From NCBI GenBank assembly GCA_964016885.1, contig OZ024760.1:31744001-31808000 (forward strand): a stretch of DNA of 64,000 bases, read 5' to 3'. Positions 18,001-29,005 of the stretch are shown here, in pieces. The notes beneath the pieces are model-generated. The model had not been told where the DNA came from and did no database searches. It was given only the letters and a program-made list of their open reading frames with translations. The stretch comes from Eledone cirrhosa. Lineage: Eukaryota. The first letter of the stretch is position 1. Each line of letters starts with the position of its first letter. Made by a program: the position numbers and the translations under genes.

Positions 18001-21000
18001 TACACTCTCATACAATAAACACACTCTCCATAAAATAAACACACTCTCCATACAATAAACACACTCTCATACAATAAACACACTCTCCATACAATAAACA
18101 CACTCTCATACAATAAACACACTCTCCATACAATAAACACACTCTCCATACAATAAACACACTCCCCATACAATAAACACACTCTCATACCATAAACACA
18201 CTCTCATTCAATAAACACACTCTCCATACAATAAACACTCTCCATACAATAAACACACTCTCCATACAATAAACACACTCACCATACAGTAAATACACTC
18301 TCAATACAGTAAACACACTCTCAATACAATAAACACACTCTCATACAATAAACACCCTCTCCTACAATAAACACACTCTCCATACAATAAACACACTCTC
18401 ATACAATAAACACACTCTATACAATAAACACACTCTCCATACAATAAACACACTCTCATACAATAAACACACTCTTCATACAATAAATACACTCTCATAC
18501 AATAAACACACTCCATACAATAAACACGCTCTCCATATAATAAACACTCTCCATACAATACGCACACTCTCCATACAATAAACACACTCTCATACAATAA
18601 ACACACTCTCCATACAATAAACACACTCTTATACAATAAACACACTCTCCATACAATAAACACACTCTCATACAATAAACACCCTCTCATACAATAAACA
18701 CACTCTCCATACAATAAACACACTCTCATACAATAAACACACTCTCATACAATAAACACACTCTCATACAATAAACACACGCCATACAATAAACACACTC
18801 CATACAATAAACACACTCTCCATACAATAAACACACTCTCCATACAATAAACACACTCTCCATACAATAAACACACTCTCCATACAATAAACACACTCTC
18901 ATACAATAAACACACTCTCCATACAATAAACACACACTCCATACAATAAACACACTCTCCATTCAATAAACACACTCTCCATACAATAAACACACTCTCC
19001 ATACAATAAACACACTCTCATACAATAAACACACTCTCCATACAATAAACACACTCTCATACAATAAACACACGCCATACAATAAACACACTCCATACAA
19101 TAAACACACTCCATACAATAAACACACTCTCCATACAATAAACACTCTCCATACAATAAACACACTCTCATACAATAAACAGACTCTCCATACAATAAAC
19201 ACTCTCCATACAATAAACACACTCTCCATACAATAAACACTCTCCATACAATAAACACACTCTCATACAATAAACACACTCTCATACAATAAACAGACTC
19301 TCCATACCATAAACACTCTCCATACAATAAACACACTCTCCATACAATAAACACTCTCCATACAATAAACACACTCTCATACAATAAACAGACTCCATAC
19401 AATAAACACACTCTCCATACAAAAAAACACACTCTCATACAATAAACACAGTCTCCATACAATAAACACACTCTCCATACAATAAACACACTCTCATACA
19501 ATAAACACACTCTCCATACAATAAACACTCACTATACAATAAACACACACTCATACAATAAACACACTCTCATACAATAAACACACTCTCCATACAATAA
19601 ACACACTCTCCATACAATAAACACTCCCCATACAATAAACACACTCTCATACAATAAACACACTCTCCATAGTATAAACACACTCTCATACAATAAACAT
19701 ATTCTCATACAATAAACACACTCTCCATACAATAAACTCACTCTCCATACAATAAACACACTCTCCATACAATAAACACACTCTCATACAATAAACACAC
19801 TCTCCATACAATAAACACACTCTCCATACAATAAACACACTCTCATATGATAAACACACTCTCATACAATAAACACACTCTCCACACAATAAACACACTC
19901 TCCATACAATAAACTCACTCTCCATACAATAAACACACTCTCCATACAATAAATACACTCTCTTTACAATAAACACACTCTCCATACAATAAACACACTC
20001 TCATACAATAAACACACTCTCCATAGTATAAACACTCTCATACAATAAACACACTCTCCATACAATAAACACACTCTCCATACAATAAACACACTCTCAT
20101 ACAATAAACACACTCTCATACAATAAACACACTCCATACAATAAATACACTCTCATACAATAAACACACTCTCCATAAAATAAACACACCCTCATACAAT
20201 AAACACACTCTCATACAATAAACACGCCCCATACAATAAACACACTCTCCATACAATAAACACACTCTCCATACAATAAACACACTCTCATACAATAAAC
20301 ACACTCTCATACAATAAACATACTCTCCATACAATAAACACTCTCATACAATAAACACACTCTCCATACAATAAACACACTCTCCATACAATAAACACAC
20401 TCTCATACAATAAACACACTCTCATACAATAAACACTCTCCATACAATAAACACACTCTCATACAATAAACACACTCTCATACAATAAACACACTCCATA
20501 CAATAAATACACTCTCATACAATAAACACACTCTCCATAAAATAAACACACTCTCCATACAATAAACACACTCTCATACAATAAACACACTCTCATACAA
20601 TAAACACACTCTCATACAATAAACACACTCTCCATACAATAAACACACTCTCCATACAATAAACACACTCTCCATACAATAAACACACTCTCATACCATA
20701 AACACACTCTCATTCAATAAACACACTCTCCATACAATAAACACTCTCCATACAATAAACACACTCTCCATACAATAAACACACTCACCATACAGTAAAT
20801 ACACTCTCAATACAGTAAACACACTCTCAATACAATAAACACACTCTCATACAATAAACACCCTCTCATACAATAAACACACTCTCCATACAATAAACAC
20901 ACTCTCATACAATAAACACACTCTATACAATAAACACACTCTCCATACAATAAACACACTCTCATACAATAAACACACTCTTCATACAATAAATACACTC

Positions 21001-22105
21001 TCATACAATAAACACACTCCATACAATAAACACGCTCTCCATATAATAAACACTCTCCATACAATACGCACACTCTCCATACAATAAACACACTCTCATA
21101 CAATAAACACACTCTCCATACAATAAACACACTCTTATACAATAAACACACTCTCCATACAATAAACACACTCTCATACAATAAACACCCTCTCATACAA
21201 TAAACACACTCTCCATACAATAAACACACTCTCATACAATAAACACACTCTCATACAATAAACACACTCTCATAGAATAAACACACTCTCCATACAATAA
21301 ACACACTCTTATACAATAAACACACTCTCCATACAATAAACACACTCTCATACAATAAACACCCTCTCATACAATAAACACACTCTCCATACAATAAACA
21401 CACTCTCATACAATAAACACACTCTCATACAATAAACACACTCTCATACAATAAACACACTCTCCATACAATAAACACACTCTTATACAATAAACACACT
21501 CTCCATACAATAAACACACTCTCATACAATAAACACCCTCTCATACAATAAACACACTCTCCATACAATAAACACTCTCATACAATAAACACACTCTCAT
21601 ACAATAAACACACTCTCATACAATAAACACACTCTCCATACAATAAACACACTCTTATACAATAAACACACTCTACATACAATAAACACACTCTCATACA
21701 ATAAACACCCTCTCATACAATAAACACACTCTCCATACAATAAACACACTCTCATACAATAAACACACTCTCCATACAATAAACACACTCTCATACAATA
21801 AACACACTCTCATACAATAAACACACTCTCCATACAATAAACACACTCATACAATAAACACACTCCATACAATAAACACATTCTCCATACAATAAACACA
21901 CTCTCCATTCAATAAACACACTCTCCATACAATAAACACACTCTCCATACAATAAACACACTCTCCATACAATAAACACACTCTCCATACAATAAACATA
22001 CTCTCCATACTATAAACACACTCTCATACAATAAACACACCCTCCATACAATAAACACACTCTCATACAATAAACACACTCTCCATACATTAAACGCACT
22101 CTGCA
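1..22105. repeat. Intronic satellite of 18-20 bp monomers (consensus CATACAATAAACACACTCTC) with variable 2-3 kb higher-order repeats
   Basis: Continuous tandem array, nearly G-free on the + strand. Diagnostic variant blocks (e.g. CACCATACAGTAAATACACTCTCAATACAGTAAA) recur nine times. The array runs off the window start and degenerates near 22105. Confidence 0.98.
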
Positions 22106-22144
22106 TATATGTAATACAGTTCTATTGATATTTCAACAACTTAC

Positions 22145-22305
22145 CGCAGCACTTTCCATTGACAATTGGAGCTTTTCACCGGAATTTTCCAGTTCTTGAA
22201 TTTTACCTTCCAGTTTCTGCAATGTATTGTAGAGGGCGCCACTTTCTTCTTCTCGTAGTTTTCCTGTTGGTCTCTTACTTTGTAACATTTCTTTCCTGAA
22301 TCGAA
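22145..22305 (-). CDS. Host gene exon 6 (coiled-coil, VRFRKEMLQ...LQKLEGKIQELENSGEKLQLSMESAA); gene continues past window start
   Basis: Acceptor tttatttgtgactag, donor GCG|gtaagt. 161 bp, open frame, phase 1 in (matches previous exon) and phase 0 out. Confidence 0.85.
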
Positions 22306-22516
22306 CTAGTCACAAATAAATAAACAATAATAATAATATTTATTATAATAGTAATAATAATTTCTTTATTAGCCACACAGGGTTGACATTAAGGAAACAT
22401 TAAAGGCGGGACAGGTTGATATAGTGGGGAGTTTTTTGTGTAAAATAAAATTTATAATAGAGACTAATAAAATAAAATAATAATAATAATAATGATGATA
22501 ACAATAATAATAATAG

Positions 22517-25500
22517 ATGTAGCCGGCTCCTTTGAGACAAGAGTGCAAGAAAAAGAGGAGAAGTTAACCAGTACCAGGAATTAAAGTGGGAACTGAAAAG
22601 GATTTGAGGCTACCATGAGATCAAATTTGTCCTTATCATAGGAACACTAGGTAGTATCTTGAAGAATTCCCTACGCTGGTTAAAGATGTTAGCAAGGAAT
22701 ATGACCTTTGTCATATTTGAAGGGTTTTTATCAACAACGAGAAGGTGTAAAACCCAAAATAGGAAATTACTTGGCATAAAAACGAGAGGAAACAACAAAC
22801 AAGAAAGATCAGAACCTTGGTGGAAGAAACGACTGAATGGTCAAATCAAGGAAATGAGAAAAGACATTGGAAAGCTTGAGTTCCTACTGAATGGGACATT
22901 ACACTAAAGATAGATTGAAAATAAAATACAAAACTAGGGGGAAAAAGCTAAATATTATCATAGAGGAACTGAAGCAGCGCATTGAAGTAAAAAGTGCAAA
23001 GATTAGGCGGTATGAGAGCAGAATCAGTCAGTATAGACAGAACCGCATGTTTGATAACCAGAAGATGTTGTTTGAACAGCTTGAAGGGAAAGAAAGAGGC
23101 AACGACGTGATCCCTGAGGCGGAACAGACTAAGACATTCTGGAGAGGAATATGGGAGCAGGATGTTGAACATAATAGTCAGGCAGTCTGGATTGAGACAG
23201 TTCAAAAGGAGATTAGTGAACAAGCATACCAACAACCTGATTTGAGTATCACAGTTGAAACTCTTAAAGAGCAGGCCAAAAAACTAACCAATTGGAAATC
23301 ACCAGGCCCAGATGGTGTGCAAGGGTATTGGATTAAAAATATAACATCCCTCCACCCGAAACTGACAACCATGTTCAATGACTGCTTGATGTCAGGTGAG
23401 GTACCAGAGTGGTTGACAAAAGGTACCACAGTTCTGGTAATGAAAGACCGAATCAAGGGTAATGATGTTACCAACTATAAGCCTATCACATGTCTGTCCG
23501 TAATGTGGAAACTGTTAACAAGCATTGTGTCTGAGGAAATCTACCATCACCCCCACATAAACAACTTGTTACCGGACGAACAGAAAGGATGCCGAAAGAA
23601 GTCCCGTGGTACAAAAGACCAGTTACTTATTGATAAGATGGTAATGAGGAATTGCAAGAGGAGGCACACTGGTCTTGCCATGGGATGGATAGATTACAAA
23701 AAGCATTCGACATGGTACCTCATTCTTGGATAACCAAAAGCCTAGAGATCTTCAAGGTGGCAGATGACATCAGACAGTTGTTGAGCAAAAGTATGAAGTC
23801 CTGGGAAACAGAGTTAACATCGGGTGGAGAATCCTTGGGAGGCATGAAGATCAAGAGAGGTATCTTCCAGGGAGATAGTTTATCCCCTCTGCTCTTTGAT
23901 ACCCTTGACCATTATATTGCAAAAAGTGAGAGCAGGATACAAGTTGGGAAAAGGAGAGCTTACCATCAACCACCTCCTCTTCATGGATGATCTTAAACTC
24001 TTTGGGAAGAGTGAGAAGGAGTTGGATGTGCTTGTTGACACTGTCTGTATTTTCAGCAATGATTTATGTATGGAATTTGGTATTAATAAGTGTGGAGTCC
24101 TTGTGATGAAGAGGGGGTAAATTGAGCAGAAGCAACGGAATCCGGGTACCAACAGGTGAGATGATAAAGGAAATTGACACTGAAGAGGAATTCAAATATT
24201 TAGGTGTTCTGGAGGCAGATAACATCAAGAACAAAAAAAAATGAAGGAATTGAAAAGATCTGAGTACATAAGGAGAGTAAGGAGCGTATTAAAATCACAT
24301 CTAAATAGTAGGAATGTCATAAGTGCAGTAAATTCCCGAGCTGTGTCTGGTGGATTGGCAGTATCGGTAGAGGGTCGGACGCCATGCTGTGCAGCAAAGA
24401 GTTACGGCCCTTTATAGTCTGAGTTCAAATCCCGCTGAGGTTAACTTTGCCTTTCATCCTTACGGGGTCGATAAAATAAAGTACCAGTAATACACTGGGA
24501 TAATTGCTGGCCTTGTGCCAAAAGTAGAAACAACTATTAGGTACAGTGCGGGGATTCTGAAATGGAATGTTGCTGAACAAAAAGAAATGGATAGAAAGAC
24601 TAGGAAGCTATTGACTATCTACAACATGTTCCACAGGAGGAGTGATGTCGATAGGCTCTACTTAAGGATATCTGAAGGTGGAAGAGGTCTTATCAGCATA
24701 GAGGACTGTGTTCAGATGGAGAAAAACAATCTGCACAAATATGTGACTGATAGTAGGGAGCCAATGCTCAAAATTGTACTGAAGGAGAAGACAATAGACA
24801 AAGGGATGTCCAAGGAGGAAATAACAACAAGGAGGAAGAGCAACCTTCATGAAAAATCCCTTCATAGCACCTTCTTTAAGAAAACGGAATTTAGAGATCC
24901 ACAGACATGGAACTGGTTAAAAAGAGGAGACCTTAAAAAAGCTACAGAAGGAATGCTAATGGCTGCGCAAGAGCAAGCCCTCAGAACGAAGTGTGTGAAA
25001 CACCATATTGACAAGGGGGAGACTAGCCCACTGTGTAGGATCTGTGGAGAGAAAGAGGAGACTGTGGCTCACATTGTATCCGAGTGTAAACATCTAGCCC
25101 AGACTCACCATAAAGGCTGGAGACATGATCTGATAGGAAGGGTGATCCACTGGCATCTATGGAAAGTAAACAATTTACCACATTCTGAGAAGTGGTATGA
25201 GCATAAGCCAGAGTCGGTGATAGAAAACGATCAGGTGAAGATGCTGTGGGATTTTAGGATACAGATGGACAAGAAATTAGAACACAATAGACCTGACCTG
25301 GTGGTTTAGGACAAGGAAAAAAGATTGTGCCTGATTGTAGATGTAGCCTGGCCATTTGACACGAGAGTGCAAGAAAAGGAGAGGGAGAAAATTAACCGAT
25401 GCCAGGATTTAAAGTGGGAGTTTAAAATGATTTGGAACTGCCCCTTTGAGACAAGAGTGCAAGAATAAGAGGAGAAATTAACCAGTACCAGGAATTAAAG

Positions 25501-25625
25501 TGGGAACTGAAAAGGATTTGAGACTACCATGAGATCAAGGTTGTCCTTATCATCATAGGAACACTAGGTAGTATCTTGAAGAATTCCCAACGCTGGTTAA
25601 AGATATTAGCAAGGAATATGACCTT
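22517..25625 (+). mobile_element. Degraded non-LTR retrotransposon, R4/Dong-like (RT, CCHC finger, restriction-like endonuclease)
   Basis: Frameshifted ORFs 22891-23733, 23652-23990, 23896-24120 and 24515-25309 carry WKSPGPDG, YKPITCL, GIFQGDSLSPLLF, HLLFMDDLKL, CRICGEKEETVAHIVSEC, RHD and RPDLVV. Preceded by TAA repeats. Confidence 0.88.
24349..24538 (+). mobile_element. tRNA-derived SINE (family A) inserted into the LINE RT region
   Basis: A-box TGGCAGTATCGG and B-box GAGTTCAAATCC. Same body as copies at 33.8, 39.7, 40.0 and 62.0 kb. Interrupts LINE coding sequence between ...NSRAVS and IRYSAG... Confidence 0.85.
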
Positions 25626-25682
25626 TGTCATATTTGTAGGGTTTTCATCAACAATGAGAAGGTGTAAAAACCAAAAACCAAC

Positions 25683-25816
25683 CTATTTCCTTGGAATGTG
25701 CATCTTTGAATTTCTCTAACTTCCCATGAAGTTTCCTCACCGATTCTTGGACCTGGACATATTCTTGTTTTTTGTCTTCCAGATGTTGCAGTAGTCGATG
25801 GTGGGCATTTTCGAGG
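25683..25816 (-). CDS. Host gene exon 5 (coiled-coil, SLENAHHRLLQHLEDKKQEY...KDAHSKEI)
   Basis: Acceptor tattttattgtcag, donor ATAG|gttggt. 134 bp, phase 2 in and phase 1 out, matching both neighbours. Confidence 0.85.
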
Positions 25817-25892
25817 CTGACAATAAAATATTTCATTATTTGTGTTACCATCTCCAATATGACAAAACATACATCATCATCATCACTCTCTC

Positions 25893-25931
<39 letters not shown>

Positions 25932-25935
<4 letters not shown>

Positions 25936-26274
25936 TCATCATCATCATCATTTTACGTTCGCTATTCCCTGCTTGCAAGGGTGGGACGGGAACTGATTCT
26001 GGCTTGATTTCTACAGCTGGATGCCCTTCCTAACACCAACCTCATTTACAGTGAGTGCTGGGTGCTTTTTGCCGTGGCACCTACACGACCACTTTGCAGT
26101 GGAATGATAGGGACCCCAGTCCCTATCATCTCATTTCTACAGCTGAGTAAACTGGAGCAATGTGAAACAAAGTGTCTTGCTCTAGGAAACAACACATCAC
26201 CCGGTCTGAGAATTGAACTCACAACCTTTCGATTGCAAGGCCAATGCTCTAACCACTAAGCCATGTGCCTCCAT
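25932..26274 (-). mobile_element. tRNA-derived CORE-like SINE (family B) with RTE-type 3' tail
   Basis: A-box TGGCTTAGTGG, B-box GAGTTCAATTC, central GAGCAAGACACTTT...TTGCTCCAG block. Tail GTGTTAGGAAGGGCATCCAGCTGTAGAAA...(ATG)n is shared with the RTE 3' UTRs. Confidence 0.75.
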
Positions 26275-26282
26275 ATATATAT

Positions 26283-26541
26283 ATTTATTTAGGTTTGTTG
26301 ATTCACCACTGGATAGAACTGGTCATTCCATATAGTCAACTTTGATGTAATATTCGACGTAATACAACTCACTCGGCTTCGTTTGTGTTGTTGGTGGTGC
26401 GAGCAGGGAGTTAATTATTATAAAATAACAGGAGGCTGGACTGGTGTAATTCCTTAAAAGGTTTATTATACTGAACCCAGTCACTGAAATGATCATAGTA
26501 TAATAAACCTTTTAAGGAATTACACCAGTCCAGCCTCCTGT

Positions 26542-26545
<4 letters not shown>
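26283..26545 (-). mobile_element. Body-less fold-back relative of the 43.9-46.5 kb element (Penelope-type pLTR remnant)
   Basis: Perfect 49-bp inverted arms 26424-26472 and 26497-26545. 26283-26472 is homologous to 43877-44081. Flanked by (TA)n. Confidence 0.7.
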
Positions 26546-26594
<49 letters not shown>

Positions 26595-26670
26595 AAGACT
26601 AAAATCTGAAGCATTATATATCAAATGTATATATATATATATATATATATAAAAACCCACAGAGCAAATA

Positions 26671-26801
26671 TATATTATAATAACAGATTAAAGTTTAAGC
26701 AAAGAATTGCTGCTTTCACCCTTAACGGGATCTTCAGAAGATCTTGTGAAGAGTGAAAGCAGCGATTCTTTGTTTAAACTTTAATCTGTTCTTATAATAT
26801 A
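26671..26801. repeat. Imperfect palindrome with about 64-bp arms, centred on a hammerhead-like core
   Basis: Arms 26671-26734 and 26738-26801 with a 3-nt loop. Minus strand reads CTGAAGA-TCCCGTTAAGGGT-GAAA. Confidence 0.7.
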
Positions 26802-27119
26802 TAAATATATAGATAGATAGATCGATATATATAGAGGTTAGGAGGATCATTCAGTTTGTGTCAAAAGACACGACCACTTCTCCTCTGCACTCCTTGATGA
26901 CTGTAAGCAGGATACAGACTTCCTCAGCCTGTCTGGGATGTCAGTGGCCCTGCTTCAGTACTGACTTGGTTTATGTAGACCCGTCAACCCTTGCTAGCAG
27001 GGAAAGCGGACGTTAAATGATGATGGCTGACTGAATATGTGCTTTTTTCCTCATTTTTTTCCCGTTTCATCCTCTCATCACTCTTTATCTTTCTATTTTA
27101 TTGTATATTCCCAACTCTA

Positions 27120-27155
27120 TCTTCTGATGAAGGACTAGTGTCCGAAACGTTAAGA
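27120..27155 (+). ncRNA. Minimal type-I hammerhead ribozyme motif
   Basis: TCTT-CTGATGA-A-GGAC(TAGT)GTCC-GAAA-CG-TT-AAGA. Stem I TCTT/AAGA, 4-bp stem II, palindromic stem III ACGT, GUU triplet. Confidence 0.75.
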
Positions 27156-27489
27156 CTCTTTTCTCGTTATTTCAAGTGCTAAACTAATATATTTCTTCAA
27201 AGTACTGTGTTGTTTGTTATTTCTGTTTACTTTTTACACACACATATATGTATGTATATGTATGTATGTATATATAAAGAATTAGTATATCTACCAACAT
27301 ATATATACAGATGCATACCTATGCACGCAAATATATAGGTTTTGTCTTAGTAACTTTGTGGTTCAATGCAAGGGGATGCCGAACAATTATATGAAAAACG
27401 TAAAATAAGAAAATTATAAAAGTAAGTAAGCTAATTACTATAATTTTCTTATTTTACGTTTTTCATGTATGTATATATATATATATTTG

Positions 27490-27534
<45 letters not shown>

Positions 27535-27537
<3 letters not shown>

Positions 27538-28930
27538 GGTGTTGATGAATGGCTTGTGAGAGCTATGCAAGCCATGTATAAAGAAACAGTCAGCAAGGTT
27601 AGAATTAACAACGAATATAGTGAAAAGTTTAGCGTAAAAGTTGGTGTTCATCAGGGCTCCGTCCTTAGCCCCCTCCTATTTATTATTGCCCTTCAGGCTA
27701 TGACAGAGGAGTTCAAGACCGGCTGCCCATAGGGACTCCTATACGCTGATGATCTAACGCTTATAGCTGAATCAATGGCTGAACTAGAGAAGAAATTCCA
27801 AACATGGAAGCATGGCCTAGAATCAAAAGGCCTTAAAATTAACCTGTCTAAGACTAAAGTTCTAGTATGTAGGAAGGAAAATAGGGCACTGGTCCCATCT
27901 GGGAAATGTCCATGCTCAGTGTGTAGGAAAGGAGTAGGCAGAAACTCCATTTTATGTCCCAAATGCAAAGTATGGGTGCATAAAAAATGTAGTGGGATCA
28001 CAGGTAAGCTAACTAAGAACATAGATTTTATATGTGGCCGGTGCTCTGGTGCAATAAGTAGCAGCAAGTGCCGACAGAATACTAGCCCATTCCATTGCAC
28101 AGATGAAATAGTGGACACTTTCTGTTATCTGGGTGACAAAATCAACAGTGGTGGAGGGTGCTCCGAAAGTACAGTAGTTACAGTCAGAACGGGATGGAAA
28201 AAGTTCAGAGAGCTTATACCACTATTGGCCGCTAAAGGTTTCTCTCTAAAAATGAAAGGCAGGCTACATGATGCCTGCATACGAACAGCAATGTTACATG
28301 GCAGTGAAACCTGGGCATTGTGTGCAGAGGATCTACGCAGACTGGAGGGGAACAAAGCTTGCATGCTCCGTTGGATGTGTAATAGTAATATACATGAACG
28401 GCAAAGCATAAATGAACTAAGTGAGAAATTAGGAATAAGAGGGATCAGATGCTGTTTACTCGAGAGAAGACTACGTTGGTATGGTCACGTGATGCGCATG
28501 AAAGACGACAACTGTATAAAAAAGTGCAGGCCTTACCTAAGTGCAAAGCGAAACCTACAGACAGTAGGCACCTCTTACCAAAATATACCCCCGTCCCACT
28601 ACCCCCACCTCATCCACACCACCCCCTTCCGATGTAAAGTTATGTTGGTACCACAACATCCAGTCCTAAATAAATGAGGTCGTGTAGGTGTCACGACAAA
28701 AAACACACAGTCCACGCTGTAATGTGTGTAATGTGGCCGTGTAGGTAACACGGTAAAAACCTCCCAGTCCACACTGTAAACGTGGTTAGTGTTAGGAAGG
28801 GCATCCAGCCGTAGAAAATCCGCCAGACAGTCCTATACGAGCAAGACAACCAAACTTGCCTCAAGTGGGAAAATTCCCGTCCAAACCCATGCAAGCGTGG
28901 AAGATGGACGTGAAATGATGATGATGATGA
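27535..28930 (+). mobile_element. 5'-truncated RTE-clade LINE (RT C-terminal part with PHD-like Cys finger, 3' UTR, (ATG)n tail)
   Basis: [56 protein letters not shown] and RRLRWYGHV. In-frame stop at 27730-27732 and an internal deletion near 28535 relative to the 46.7 kb copy. Confidence 0.88.
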
Positions 28931-28936
28931 TATATG

Positions 28937-29001
<65 letters not shown>

Positions 29002-29005
<4 letters not shown>

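Noticed and set aside
1-22105. Telomeric repeat interpretation of the C/A-rich array
   Set aside because: The unit is 18-20 bp with no TTAGGG-type motif, and it directly follows an internal coding exon donor.
108-22106. Dozens of minus-strand ORFs (MRVCLLYGECVYC...)
   Set aside because: They are translations of the 18-20 bp satellite; unit lengths are mostly not multiples of 3 and the frames break constantly.
24349-24440. tRNA gene-like A and B boxes (also 26200-26274 and 39721-39810)
   Set aside because: They are heads of multi-copy SINEs, with no complete cloverleaf and with SINE bodies attached.
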